IMG/VR virus record: IMGVR_UViG_3300024430_000001
Coordinates: 1-58,452 of that record
Strand: one strand, 5' to 3'
DNA length: 58,452 nucleotides
Source: a virus
Lineage: Duplodnaviria > Caudoviricetes
The stretch's first letter is position 1. Each line of letters begins with the position of its first letter. Under the pieces are notes generated by a model, which was given only the letters and a program-made list of their open reading frames with translations, made no database searches and was not told the DNA's origin. Below are positions 1-9,957 of the stretch, one piece after another. The translations under genes and the position numbers were made by a program.

Positions 1-105
1 GGGTGCTCCCTAGCGCGGAGGGTTCAGATCTTCCGATTGATCTTCCGGACGTCACGCGATGTGACGGCCTTCAAGCCCAACGCCGCGCGATGCGGCTGAG
101 GAGTG

Positions 106-678
106 ATGGACATGCCTCGTGGAGGTGCCCGCAACCGGTCCGGCCCGCGGCCCGACCCGGATTCCGGCCGCTCTGACCGGCGCAATTTCACGCTGACCGC
201 GCTGCCGAGCGAAGGCTACAAGCGCAACCCCCCCGGGTTCCCGCTGGAACCGATCGTGCTGTTCTCCGAGTACTGGGAAGGCTCCGGCCGGGAGCGCTTC
301 AAGGTCAAGGAGCAGGACAAGCAGTCCAGCGAGTCGTTTCGCGACCGTGAGTCCGAGGTGTGGGCGGAGGCGTGGAAGACGCCGCAGGCTTGCGCGTGGT
401 CAATGCAGTCGTGGCGGTGGCCGATCGTCGCCGAGTACTGCCGGCTGAAGACCGTCGTCGAGCTGGATCCGTCGGCATCAGCTGCCCTCGTGGCGCAGCT
501 GCACCGGTACCGGGACCAGCTGGGGCTGACGCCAGCTGGCTTGAAGGAAAACGGCTGGGCGATCGCCGTTGACGAGGTGGCACAGAAGCGCGGCACGGCG
601 AAGGAGCCGACCGAAGAAGAGTCGGGCGATGATGTGCGCCGACGCCTGATGGTCGTCCCCCATGCGGCTGGAGGCTAG
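106..678 (+). CDS. terS: Terminase small subunit
   Basis: N-terminal MPRGGARNRSGP motif and LGLTPAG C-terminal motif typical of actinophage small terminases; overlaps the large subunit start; exact start (103/106/112) uncertain. Confidence 0.8.
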   Translation: MDMPRGGARNRSGPRPDPDSGRSDRRNFTLTALPSEGYKRNPPGFPLEPIVLFSEYWEGSGRERFKVKEQDKQSSESFRDRESEVWAEAWKTPQACAWSMQSWRWPIVAEYCRLKTVVELDPSASAALVAQLHRYRDQLGLTPAGLKENGWAIAVDEVAQKRGTAKEPTEEESGDDVRRRLMVVPHAAGG

Positions 679-2353
679 ACAGTACGTCGTCGACTTCCCG
701 ACGCTCTGGGTCGTTCCCGCGTGGATCCAGCGGCACTGCATCATCGCCGACGGCTTCCGCAAGGGCCGTCCGTTCCGGATGTACGACTGGCAGCTGTGGG
801 GCACCGCCAACCACTACCGAATCAAGGTCGGCGCCCGGCAGGACCCGGCGTTTCTGGCGGGCGATCCGGATGCGATGCCGATCCGCTCGGCGGCGTTCCA
901 CAATCGACGGTCGCAGGTCATCGCTCCGCAGAAGACGGGCAAGGGCCCGTGGTCGGCTGCGATTGTGTGCGCCGAAGCCGTCGGCCCGGTGCTGTTCCTG
1001 GACTGGGCAAAAGAAGGCGACCAGTTCGCCTGCGCCGACTACGACTGTGGCTGCGGGTGGGTCTACGACTACCAGCCCGGCGAACCTATGGGTCATCCGT
1101 GGGCGACGCCGCTGATTCAGCTCCTGGCCACGTCCGAGGATCAGGTCGACAACGTCTACAGGCACCTGAAGGGCATGGCCCGCGGTCCACGGCTGAAAGA
1201 CCGGATGAAGGTCCGCGAGGGATTCATCCGGATCCTCAGCGAGGACGACGACCCCGACTCGAGCCGGATCGACGTCGTCACAGCGTCGGCGCAAAGCCGG
1301 CTGGGTCAGCCACTCACCTTCTGCTTGCAGGACGAAACCGGCCTGTACACGGCTACTAACAAGCTCATCAAGGTCGCCGAGACGATGCGCCGCGGTGCCG
1401 CTGCGATGGGCGGACGAAGCATCGAGACGACAAACTGCTACGACCCGTCGGAGCAGTCGGTGGCACAGCGGACCCACGAGTCGCGACGCCCGGACATTTT
1501 CAAGTTCTACGAGCCGCCTCCCGCGGGCTTGAAGTACACGGTGAAGGCCGAGCGGGCACGGATTCACGCCTACAACTACGTGGGCTCGCCGCACGCCGAC
1601 CGGCACGGCATCGAGGCCGAAGCCGCCGAGCTGATGGAGAAAGACCCCGGGCAGGCGGAGCGGTTCTACGGCAACCGGATCGTGGCCGGCTTGGGGACGT
1701 GGTGCTCACGGGAACAGTGGGACCTCCGTAGGAAGCCGACCCCGGTACCCGACCGTACGGCTGTCGTGCTGGGATTCGACGGCTCCGACGTGGACGACTG
1801 GACCGGGATCCGTGCGGAGACCCGCGACGGATACCAGTTCACGCCCACCTTCGCCGACGGCCGGCCGATGATCTGGGACCCGTCCGAGCACGGCGGGCAA
1901 GTGCCGCGGCTGGAAGTCAACGCTGCCGTCGACGATCTGTTCCGCCGCTTCATCGTCGTGCGCATGTACCCCGACACGCGCGAGTGGGCCACGGAGATCG
2001 ACGCCTGGGCCGAAAAGTACGGTGAGAAGCGGGTCATCCGCTGGGCGACACATCGGCTGGTGCAGATGCACGCCGCTTGCGAGCGGCAGCGCATCGACGT
2101 CACGAAATCGGACAGCAACTTCCACCACGACGGCTGCGAGATCACCACCCGGCACGTGTCGAGCGCGAAGAAGCAGAACCGGCCGAACAACCGGTACGTC
2201 CTGGTGAAACCAGGCGACGGCCGAAAGATCGACATGGCCGTGGTGTCCATCCTCTGCCACGAAGCCGCTGGCGACGTGACCGCGGCGAACGCCTGGCCAC
2301 CGCCCGAGGTCAGCTCGAAGATGGTCGTCTTCCGCAGCCGGAGCCGCCGTTAG
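662..2353 (+). CDS. terL: Terminase large subunit
   Basis: Walker A-like APQKTGKG, Walker B FCLQDETG, RuvC-like LGFDGS and KIDMAV nuclease motifs. Confidence 0.95.
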   Translation: MRLEARQYVVDFPTLWVVPAWIQRHCIIADGFRKGRPFRMYDWQLWGTANHYRIKVGARQDPAFLAGDPDAMPIRSAAFHNRRSQVIAPQKTGKGPWSAAIVCAEAVGPVLFLDWAKEGDQFACADYDCGCGWVYDYQPGEPMGHPWATPLIQLLATSEDQVDNVYRHLKGMARGPRLKDRMKVREGFIRILSEDDDPDSSRIDVVTASAQSRLGQPLTFCLQDETGLYTATNKLIKVAETMRRGAAAMGGRSIETTNCYDPSEQSVAQRTHESRRPDIFKFYEPPPAGLKYTVKAERARIHAYNYVGSPHADRHGIEAEAAELMEKDPGQAERFYGNRIVAGLGTWCSREQWDLRRKPTPVPDRTAVVLGFDGSDVDDWTGIRAETRDGYQFTPTFADGRPMIWDPSEHGGQVPRLEVNAAVDDLFRRFIVVRMYPDTREWATEIDAWAEKYGEKRVIRWATHRLVQMHAACERQRIDVTKSDSNFHHDGCEITTRHVSSAKKQNRPNNRYVLVKPGDGRKIDMAVVSILCHEAAGDVTAANAWPPPEVSSKMVVFRSRSRR

Positions 2354-2369
2354 GGGGTCGCACGTGGCG

Positions 2370-3797
2370 ATGTCCCCCGAAGACATGCTGGTCCACCTGG
2401 ACGGCAAGCTGCTGGCCAAACAGCGGCATCTGCGCCGTCTGGACGCCTACTACAAAGGCCAGCAGCCGCTTCGGTTCTTGGCGTTGGAGCTGAAGGAGGA
2501 GTTCGGGGACAGGTTGGCCGAGGTGGTCATCAACTGGCCGCAAATGGTCGCCGACGCCTACGAGGCCCGCCTCGATCTGACTGGCTTTCGGTTTCCCAAC
2601 TCTAAATCGGACGGTGTCACCGTCGACGAGTCCGACGAGGACCTGTGGGGCGTGTGGCAGGACAACGATCTAAGCCGCCAATCCCAGCAAGCGCACCTGG
2701 AATCGATCATCCTCGGTCGCGCCTACGTAATTGTGGGCGCCCGGGGCCAGCTTCGCGAAGATCCCGCCGATCTCGAAGACCTGCCGGACCCGCTCGACAC
2801 GGCCACCGACTCGCCGCTGATCACCGTGGAGCATCCCACCCAGTGCATCACCGAAGACGACCCGCGCACCCGGCGGCCCATGGCGGCTCTGAAACGGTGG
2901 AAAGACTCGCAGAAGGTCAACCGGGCGACACTCTACCTCCGCGGCTCGACCCGACATTACGTGTGGGCACGCAAGTGGATGCTCGTCGACGTCGATGAGC
3001 ACCGCCTGGGCGTGGTGCCCGTGGTGCCGCTGATCAACCGGGCGCGCATGCTCGAACTGGACGGCGAATCCGAGTTCGGTTCGGTCATCTCCATCGCCGA
3101 CGCCGCGAACAAGATGGCCACCGACATGATGGTCTCCGGCGAATTCCACGCCATGCCGCGCCGGTGGGCGCTGGGCATGACGAAGGACGACTTCGTCGAC
3201 AGCGAAGGCAACGACATCTCGCCATTCGAACAGATCGCGGGCCGGATCTGGGCACACGGCAAGAAGCCTGGCGAGGTTGAGGTCGGGCAGTTCGCAGAAT
3301 CGGACCTGGCGGTCTTTCACAACACGATCAAGCTTCTCGCGGAGGTCGCTGGCCAGCTCGCGGGGCTGCCGCCGCATTACGGCTTCTCCCACGACAACCC
3401 GGCCTCCGCTGACGCGATCCGCTCATCCGAAGCGCGGATGGTCAAGCGGGTGGAGCGCAAACACACCGGCTGGGGCTCGGATTGGCGCCGGGTCATGGCT
3501 TTGGCGCTGCTGATCCGCGACGGCGAGAAGTGGGACCGCCGGGTCCTGCGTGCGAAGACCATCTGGCGCGACGCCTCCACGCCCACTGTGGCGCAGGCCG
3601 CCGATGCGGTGGTCAAGAAGCGTCAGGCCGGCATCATCACCAACAAGCAGGCCCGAATCGACCTCGGCTATGCCCCGGAAGAGATCCGGCGCATGGAGGA
3701 AGAGGACGAGGCGGAGGCTGCCCGCGATCCGCTGGCCGCGCTCGCCCGCCGTGGCGAGTTGGTAACGGCGGGCGGCGGCGGTGGCGACGACACCTGA
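2370..3797 (+). CDS. Portal protein (SPP1 gp6-like)
   Basis: LDAYYKGQQPL, VVINWPQMV, GVVPVVPLIN, NPASADAIR motifs; follows terL. Confidence 0.93.
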   Translation: MSPEDMLVHLDGKLLAKQRHLRRLDAYYKGQQPLRFLALELKEEFGDRLAEVVINWPQMVADAYEARLDLTGFRFPNSKSDGVTVDESDEDLWGVWQDNDLSRQSQQAHLESIILGRAYVIVGARGQLREDPADLEDLPDPLDTATDSPLITVEHPTQCITEDDPRTRRPMAALKRWKDSQKVNRATLYLRGSTRHYVWARKWMLVDVDEHRLGVVPVVPLINRARMLELDGESEFGSVISIADAANKMATDMMVSGEFHAMPRRWALGMTKDDFVDSEGNDISPFEQIAGRIWAHGKKPGEVEVGQFAESDLAVFHNTIKLLAEVAGQLAGLPPHYGFSHDNPASADAIRSSEARMVKRVERKHTGWGSDWRRVMALALLIRDGEKWDRRVLRAKTIWRDASTPTVAQAADAVVKKRQAGIITNKQARIDLGYAPEEIRRMEEEDEAEAARDPLAALARRGELVTAGGGGGDDT

Positions 3798-4791
3798 GTT
3801 CGCCGTCGGCCACTACCAGTGGCGGGCCGAACTCGCGGAAGCAACGGCGCAGGTGGCCGCGCAGGCATGGAGCCAGGTCGAGACCGCGGCGATAGCCCAA
3901 TCCTGGGCGCTGCTGGTGCAGCCACTGAGTTTCGTAGTCGCGGGTGCACAGTACGCCGCAGCTCAGGCCGCCGATGCTTATGTGGACACCGCCGCGGCCT
4001 ACGGGGGCATGTCGGCGCTGGCCGAAGGGGCGGTGAGTGCCGCCGCGCTGGCGGGGATCGCCTCGGATGGCCGCGACTTGGTCAGCCTGTTGTTTCAGGC
4101 GGCCATTTCGGCACTCGGAGCCCTCCGGATCGGCGTGGATGAGCGGATGGCCATGGCGACCGGTCTGGCCACCCTGGAAATGATCACCCGCACGCAGGTG
4201 GCGGACGCCGGACGCGTCGCCGACCAGGTGGCGCTGACTGCCCGCCCGGGATTGGACGGCTACGTCCGCATGGTCGTCGGTAAAACCTGCTCGCGCTGCG
4301 TCGTCCTCGCCGGCCGCTGGTACCGCTGGAATGCAGGCTTCGACCGGCACCCGCGCTGCGACTGCATACATATTCCGGCCCAGGAGTCCGATTCGGACGA
4401 CCTGAGCGTAGACCCGATGGCCTTCTTTCGATCACTGTCCAAAAAGGAACAGGATCAGGTGTTCACGAAGGCTGGTGCCGAGGCGATCCGCGATGGTGCC
4501 GACATCTTCCGTGTCGTCAACGCGCGGCGCGGCGCGGTCGGGTTGACACCCGCCGGTGGTGGACGGCGAACCCTGGAAGAGCGGGCAGCGGCTCGCTTCG
4601 GCCGTGAACGTGGTCGCCTGACCCGCACGAATGTCTTCGGACGGCAGCACTTCACCACCTTCGAGGCCATCACCCTCCCCGGCATTCGCAAACGCCGCAT
4701 ACGCCTCATGCCCGAGTCGATCTACGAACTGGCCAACGGCAACCGCGGCGAAGCAATCCGGCTGCTCAAAGCCCACGGCTACATCCTCTGA
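3781..4791 (+). CDS. MuF-like minor head / head maturation protein
   Basis: CSRC...FDRHPRCDC motif and RLMPESIY C-terminus; lies between portal and scaffold. Confidence 0.75.
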   Translation: MATTPEFAVGHYQWRAELAEATAQVAAQAWSQVETAAIAQSWALLVQPLSFVVAGAQYAAAQAADAYVDTAAAYGGMSALAEGAVSAAALAGIASDGRDLVSLLFQAAISALGALRIGVDERMAMATGLATLEMITRTQVADAGRVADQVALTARPGLDGYVRMVVGKTCSRCVVLAGRWYRWNAGFDRHPRCDCIHIPAQESDSDDLSVDPMAFFRSLSKKEQDQVFTKAGAEAIRDGADIFRVVNARRGAVGLTPAGGGRRTLEERAAARFGRERGRLTRTNVFGRQHFTTFEAITLPGIRKRRIRLMPESIYELANGNRGEAIRLLKAHGYIL

Positions 4792-4857
4792 CTTCCCGGC
4801 GCGACGCCGGAAGGAACTCCCAGGCGCGACGCCTGGCCCAATCACGGAAGGGTCGCG

Positions 4858-5397
4858 ATGACCACGCCCGATGCACCGCCCGCCCCACCGGCACCCAACC
4901 CGGCACCCCCTGTCCCGCCGACCCCGGACGACGAGCCGCTTGGCCCCGCTGGGATCAAGGCGCTCAAGGAAGAGCGCGAAGCTCGCAAGGCGCTGGAGAA
5001 GGAGCTGGAGCCCGTTCGTCAGCTCGCCGCCGCACTGACTGGAGGCAAGACGCCGCCGGGCAAGACGGAGTTCGAGCTCATCAACGAGCGGCTGGCCGCG
5101 CAGGACAAGACCATCGCCGACCAGGCTGTGGCGCTGCTGCGTGCGGACATCGCGGGCGAGAAGAAGCTGACACCCGATCAGGCGGCAGAACTGCGTGGGA
5201 CGACCCGCGAAGAGCTTGCCGCGCATGCGGACCGGCTGCTCGCGCTGTTCGGCAAGGCGCCGGAAGCCGACCCGCCGCGGCGCGGTGTCCGCCCGGACCC
5301 GGCGCAGGGCGCCCGCCCCGGTGAGAAGACGTCGGCGGCAGACCTCGGCCGGGCCGAGGCGGCGAAGCGGTTCAAGAAGCCGGGCGGCGCCACCTGA
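4858..5397 (+). CDS. Capsid scaffolding protein
   Basis: Pro-rich N-terminus, LGPAGIKALKEERE coiled coil, LRGTTREELAAHAD and PDPAQG motifs. Confidence 0.8.
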   Translation: MTTPDAPPAPPAPNPAPPVPPTPDDEPLGPAGIKALKEEREARKALEKELEPVRQLAAALTGGKTPPGKTEFELINERLAAQDKTIADQAVALLRADIAGEKKLTPDQAAELRGTTREELAAHADRLLALFGKAPEADPPRRGVRPDPAQGARPGEKTSAADLGRAEAAKRFKKPGGAT

Positions 5398-5425
5398 TCA
5401 TGAACCTCTGGAAGAGAGATAAACA

Positions 5426-6136
5426 ATGACGTATATCGGTGTGACGAGCACCAGCTATCAGGTGGAAAACCGCCAATGGCTGCTCAGCTCCCACGGAACC
5501 GGGCCAGGCACCACGCCCAGCATTACCCTTGACGTGTCCGCGTTCACCGCGGCGATCCACTACCCCAACGGCTACATCCCGTCCGGCACCCCACTCGCGC
5601 AGATCACCGCCACGGAGCTGTACGGGCCGTATTCGGTGACCGACGAGGTGCAAACCCTCACCGAGGGCGGAAGCGGCCTGACATCGTTCACGATCACCTT
5701 CGACGGGCAGACCACCGCCTCGATCGACGATGACGCCACCGCCGCAGACGTGCAGGCGGCGCTGGAGGCACTGTCCAACATCGCGCCGGGCGACGTCACC
5801 GTCACCGGCGGCCCGCTCGCCAGCGGGCCCTTCACGGTGACGTTCGGCGGCAACTACGCCGACACCAACGTCCCGGCGATGACCACCACCCCGACCGGTG
5901 GCACCGGCACCGTTGTCGTGGCCACCACCACCGCAGGTGGCGCGGAGGGCGCGGGCGGACTCGAGGTTGCCCGTGGGCTGCTGTTCTCGGCGGTCAAGGT
6001 CCCGGACCTGGCCGACAACACCAAGGACGTCGGCGCCGCGATGCTCATCCACGGCATGGTCTCCCTGTCCAAGCTGCCGTTCACGCTGGACGCGAACGGG
6101 CAGGCCGACCTCAAGCACATCCACTTCGTGGCCTGA
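5426..6136 (+). CDS. Head decoration protein with an inserted beta-rich domain
   Basis: YPNGYIPSGTPL...YGPY and GLLF...GAAMLIHG halves interrupted by a DEVQTLT...ATAADVQAALEAL...FTVTF domain; immediately upstream of the capsid gene. Confidence 0.7.
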   Translation: MTYIGVTSTSYQVENRQWLLSSHGTGPGTTPSITLDVSAFTAAIHYPNGYIPSGTPLAQITATELYGPYSVTDEVQTLTEGGSGLTSFTITFDGQTTASIDDDATAADVQAALEALSNIAPGDVTVTGGPLASGPFTVTFGGNYADTNVPAMTTTPTGGTGTVVVATTTAGGAEGAGGLEVARGLLFSAVKVPDLADNTKDVGAAMLIHGMVSLSKLPFTLDANGQADLKHIHFVA

Positions 6137-6152
6137 CGGGAGCGACTGACTG

Positions 6153-7187
6153 ATGGCTATCTTTTTCGACGCCCCCGTCCCACCGGACGCCCTGACCGCC
6201 TTCGTGCGGGAAGTTCCCGTGCCGGCCGGCCTGGAATGGCTGAACTCCTTCCCCCGCAGGGATCACGACTCCAACACGGTCGACTTCGCCGAGATCGTGC
6301 GCACCAATCGCACTGCCCGGTACCGGTCGTGGGACGGGCGTATCCACGTCTCGGCCCGTGACACCGGCAGTGAGAAGCGTGTCCCGCTGATCCCCCTGTC
6401 CAGTTCGCTGAGCATGGGCGAATACGAGCGGCTTCAGCTGGAATTCGCCCGCACCGCGGGCACCAACCAGCAGGCGCTGGCGCGATCCATCTACAACGAC
6501 AGCACCAACCTGACCCGCGAGGTTCAGAACCGGCTGGAGCAGGCGTGGGGTGACACGCTCACTGACGGCAAACTCACCATCGACGAAGAGGGTTTCCGGG
6601 GTGAGGCCGACTTCGGCGTCCCCGCGACGCACCTCGTCACCGCTGGGACTGCATGGACGAACCCGGCCGCGCTGGCACTCACCGACATGATGGCCTGGCT
6701 GGACGCCTGGGTGGCCACCAACGGGACCGCACCCGGCCAGATGCGCACCTCCCAGCGCACCACACGGCTGTTGCAGACCAACACACAGATCATCGGTGCG
6801 GCAGTCGGCACCACGTCGGGCAAGACCCGCGTCAACCGCGAAGAACTCAACGACCTCTTCGCCTCCGAGGGCCTGCCGCCGCTCGGCCGGCCATACGACG
6901 CGGTGGTCGACGTTGACGGCACCACCACCCGCACCATGCCCGAAGATCGGCTGCTGTTCCTGCCCGCCAACCTCGACGACCTGGGCCACACCGCCTGGGG
7001 CGTGTCAGCCACCGCTCTCGAACTGGTCGACTCCGGCGACTCCGACATGTCGTTCGAAGAAGCGCCGGGCATCGTCGGCGTGGTGGAGAAGATCGGCCCA
7101 CCCTACCGCCAGTTCACGTACGTCGATGCTGTTGCAATGCCCATCTTGGACGACGCCCGCAAGCTGTTCATCGCGGAGGTGTTCTGA
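6153..7187 (+). CDS. Major capsid protein (phage capsid E family)
   Basis: 344 aa; ARYRSWDG, LSMGEYERL, DFGVPATH, DAVAMPIL motifs; position in head module. Confidence 0.9.
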   Translation: MAIFFDAPVPPDALTAFVREVPVPAGLEWLNSFPRRDHDSNTVDFAEIVRTNRTARYRSWDGRIHVSARDTGSEKRVPLIPLSSSLSMGEYERLQLEFARTAGTNQQALARSIYNDSTNLTREVQNRLEQAWGDTLTDGKLTIDEEGFRGEADFGVPATHLVTAGTAWTNPAALALTDMMAWLDAWVATNGTAPGQMRTSQRTTRLLQTNTQIIGAAVGTTSGKTRVNREELNDLFASEGLPPLGRPYDAVVDVDGTTTRTMPEDRLLFLPANLDDLGHTAWGVSATALELVDSGDSDMSFEEAPGIVGVVEKIGPPYRQFTYVDAVAMPILDDARKLFIAEVF

Positions 7188-7189
7188 CC

Positions 7190-7594
7190 ATGGCCAACAA
7201 GCCGAAACTGCGCACCTACGTCCACCTCGCCATACCAGACGCCGACGGCAAGCCGACCGGCATGACCGAGTCGTTCGGGCCGGGCGATACCGTCCCGGAC
7301 TGGGCTGTCCCGCTCATCACCAACCCGAAGGCATGGGAAGTCGCACCGACCGCAGCGACGGCTCCCGCGCGGCAGGTGCGGGCAGAATCCACTGCCACCC
7401 CCGGCCCGGCGCCGACGCCGCCCGACATCAGCCGCACGGACGGGCCGAAGGTGCCGCCCCGCGGCGGCGCCGGATCCGGACGCGACGCATGGGCCGCCTA
7501 CGCAGCAGCCCACGGCGCCGAAATCAACGACGCGGCCACCCGCGAGGACATCATCGCCGCCCTCGACGAGCAGGGCATCCCCACCGCCGAGTAA
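7190..7594 (+). CDS. Hypothetical virion-associated protein with C-terminal helix-extension-helix-like motif
   Basis: FGPGDTVPDWA...ITNPKAW and GSGRDAWAAYA...TREDIIAAL motifs, common after actinophage capsid genes. Confidence 0.6.
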   Translation: MANKPKLRTYVHLAIPDADGKPTGMTESFGPGDTVPDWAVPLITNPKAWEVAPTAATAPARQVRAESTATPGPAPTPPDISRTDGPKVPPRGGAGSGRDAWAAYAAAHGAEINDAATREDIIAALDEQGIPTAE

Positions 7595-7651
7595 ACCCCG
7601 GGGCGGCCAGCCTCCGGTGCCGCCCCGGACCCAACGCGAGGGGGGAAACGC

Positions 7652-8059
7652 ATGCCACCGGAGCTGTTCACCGCGGCGGAACTGCGGACGTTCATGAACA
7701 AGCCCGATCTGTCCGATGACGCGGCGGCACTGGCCCTGGCGCTGGCCACCGTCGAGATCCGCAACTTGGTCCGGCCCGCCGTGTACGACGCGCTCACCGA
7801 CGTGACTGCGTTCAAGGGCATCGCGCTGCGGCTGGGCAAGGCTTTCGCCTACAACCCCAACGGACACAAGTCCGAAAAAATCGACGACTACGAGTACGTC
7901 AACCATGCAGCCGACAGCGCCGGACCCCTCTACCTCACCGACGCCGAAATCGACCGCATCGGCAAACTCCTCGGCCGCGGCGGACCCCACTCCATCCGAC
8001 CCGGATACCCGTCACCCACCTACAGCGGCGTCACCTACAGCGGGGCAGGGCAGTACTGA
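7652..8059 (+). CDS. Head-to-tail adaptor
   Basis: NPNG..SE.IDDY and LYLTDAEI motifs; synteny. Confidence 0.75.
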   Translation: MPPELFTAAELRTFMNKPDLSDDAAALALALATVEIRNLVRPAVYDALTDVTAFKGIALRLGKAFAYNPNGHKSEKIDDYEYVNHAADSAGPLYLTDAEIDRIGKLLGRGGPHSIRPGYPSPTYSGVTYSGAGQY

Positions 8060-8454
8060 TGTCCGCCTCCACAGCTCTCACCCGAGGCAGAGCAGCCGCA
8101 GAAGCACTCATGGTAGACACCTGCACTATCCGGCGCCGGACCGGCGAGACGACCAACGCGAGCACCGGCGCAGTCACGCCGACCTACATGCAGCTGTACA
8201 GCGGCAAGTGCCGCGTGCAGCAGCGCGAGGCGCAGGGCCGCACCGAGGACGTCGGCGAGGACTACCTCATTATGCAGATGCGCCAGCTACAGCTGCCGGT
8301 CATCGGCACGGAAGGCTTGCGGCCAGACGACGAGGTGCTGATCACCGCGTCCACCAATGACCCGCATCTCCTGGACAGGGTGTACTACATCCGGGACGTG
8401 CCAGCAAAGACCCACGCGACATCGCGACGATTGTCCATTCAGGAGCGGACATGA
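8059..8454 (+). CDS. Head-to-tail stopper (DUF6093-like)
   Basis: GRAAAEALMVDTCTIRR, YSGKCRVQ and KTHATSRRL motifs. Confidence 0.75.
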   Translation: MSASTALTRGRAAAEALMVDTCTIRRRTGETTNASTGAVTPTYMQLYSGKCRVQQREAQGRTEDVGEDYLIMQMRQLQLPVIGTEGLRPDDEVLITASTNDPHLLDRVYYIRDVPAKTHATSRRLSIQERT

Positions 8455-8843
8455 TGCTTGTTGATGCCCGGGAGCTGACCGCGTACCGAATCGCGTTGGA
8501 TTTGGCGGCGGCGGATGTGCTTCCGGAGGCTTGCCGGGTGGTGCAGAAGGGGTCGGTCAATATCAAAACCCATGCGCGGCAACTAGCCCCACATGGCCCG
8601 CATACGCCGCGCTACGTCAATTCGATCACCTTTGACTCATGGGAGACCAAGACGGCGGCGGTCAGCGAGATCGGCCCGCGTAACGAGCCCGACTCCCTAC
8701 AGGGCGACCTGGGCAACATCTTTGAAGACGGGTCTCCGACCTCACCGCCGATTCCTCATATGCGTCCCGCGGGTGCGGCCGAGGAGCCCCGCTTCACCAA
8801 AGCCATGGAGGATCTGGCCGAGCGGCTGCTGGGGCGGGCATGA
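8451..8843 (+). CDS. Neck protein (HK97 gp10-like)
   Basis: AEIGP-like SEIGP, GNIFEDGS..SPP.PHM motifs; synteny. Confidence 0.65.
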   Translation: MMLVDARELTAYRIALDLAAADVLPEACRVVQKGSVNIKTHARQLAPHGPHTPRYVNSITFDSWETKTAAVSEIGPRNEPDSLQGDLGNIFEDGSPTSPPIPHMRPAGAAEEPRFTKAMEDLAERLLGRA

Positions 8844-9244
8844 GCGGCCGGGCGCATTCCGACGCCTTCATGGCGCTGCTGGGGGCGAACCCGAAGCTGA
8901 ACCCACTCAAGGGCAAGGTGCCGCAGGGAACCGAACCGCCGTACGTGACTGTGTACTTCTCGGACACGCATCCAGCCGACGAGCAGGCCAACAACCTTGA
9001 CGGGGGATCCCAGCGCTACACGCTGTGGGCGACCACCCACAGCGTGGGCGAGAACGAAGACGCAGCGCTCATCGTGTCCGATCAAGTCGGCGCCAGTGTG
9101 CTCGACGTAACCCCGACCGTGCCAGGGCGCACATGCTGGCCTATCCGCCGAGAACTCGGCCGCGACGTCCGGCGCGATGAGTCCACCGGCATCACCGTCC
9201 AGGACAAGGTCGACGTCTACCGGATCGAGTCCATGCCCGCCTAA
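8840..9244 (+). CDS. Tail terminator
   Basis: PPYVTVY, PTVPGR.C.PI, VRRDE motifs; synteny. Confidence 0.7.
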   Translation: MSGRAHSDAFMALLGANPKLNPLKGKVPQGTEPPYVTVYFSDTHPADEQANNLDGGSQRYTLWATTHSVGENEDAALIVSDQVGASVLDVTPTVPGRTCWPIRRELGRDVRRDESTGITVQDKVDVYRIESMPA

Positions 9245-9315
9245 CGGGCGATACCTTTCACCGCAACGTTTCTCCGCCGTGCGGCGGACATCCTCACCGA
9301 TAGGGGGTGTGCCGC

Positions 9316-9672
9316 ATGGCGGCACTCACTGTCCAAACCATCACAGCCGCCGGGATCGTGCCGGCCGCGCCGACACAGATATCGGCATGGGGCACGCCGG
9401 ACACCATCTCGTCCGGCGACATCGGCGACCGCGGCGTCATCGCTGAGATCATCAACGGCACGGCCGGATCGCTGGACTTCCGTGTCGAGGACCCGGGCAC
9501 CACTCCTGCGGGAAATGCTGCGGCGAACGGTTACACGACCCACACCGTCGCGGCCGGCGCTGCCCGCCGGGTGTTCATCGGCCGGCACAACGTCGACCTC
9601 GTCGCGGGCACCGTGAGCGTTGGCGCGTCTGCGAGCGACGCCGCGTTCACCATCCGCCTCTTCAGGTACTAG
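9316..9672 (+). CDS. Hypothetical structural protein
   Basis: Beta-rich ORF MAALTVQTIT... with RBS, inside tail operon. Confidence 0.6.
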   Translation: MAALTVQTITAAGIVPAAPTQISAWGTPDTISSGDIGDRGVIAEIINGTAGSLDFRVEDPGTTPAGNAAANGYTTHTVAAGAARRVFIGRHNVDLVAGTVSVGASASDAAFTIRLFRY

Positions 9673-9681
9673 GGGGCGACT

Positions 9682-9954
9682 GTGGACGAGTTCACCTGGC
9701 TGCACAACCCGACCACCGACGGCTACTGGCAGTGCCCGGCCGAGGCGGTCGACGCATGGCTGCGCCGCGGATGGGAGCAATCCGAACCGCCGCCCGATGA
9801 GAGCACCACCAAGGACCCCCGCCCGATGGCCACCCCCGTCACCGACGCACCGGTCCTTGACGTTGGCGCCGCCGCCGCTGCGGATGACACGCCACCCACC
9901 ACTGCGCGAGTTACGCGACGGACGACCGCCGCCGCGACCGAAGAGAAGGAGTAA
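9682..9954 (+). CDS. Hypothetical protein
   Basis: Short ORF with RBS, tightly packed in tail operon. Confidence 0.6.
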   Translation: MDEFTWLHNPTTDGYWQCPAEAVDAWLRRGWEQSEPPPDESTTKDPRPMATPVTDAPVLDVGAAAAADDTPPTTARVTRRTTAAATEEKE

Positions 9955-9957
9955 GAC

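Noticed and set aside
2320-2333. 11-nt match TGGTCGTCTTC between spacer 2 of array 1 and the end of terL
   Set aside because: Too short to exceed chance in a 58-kb GC-rich genome
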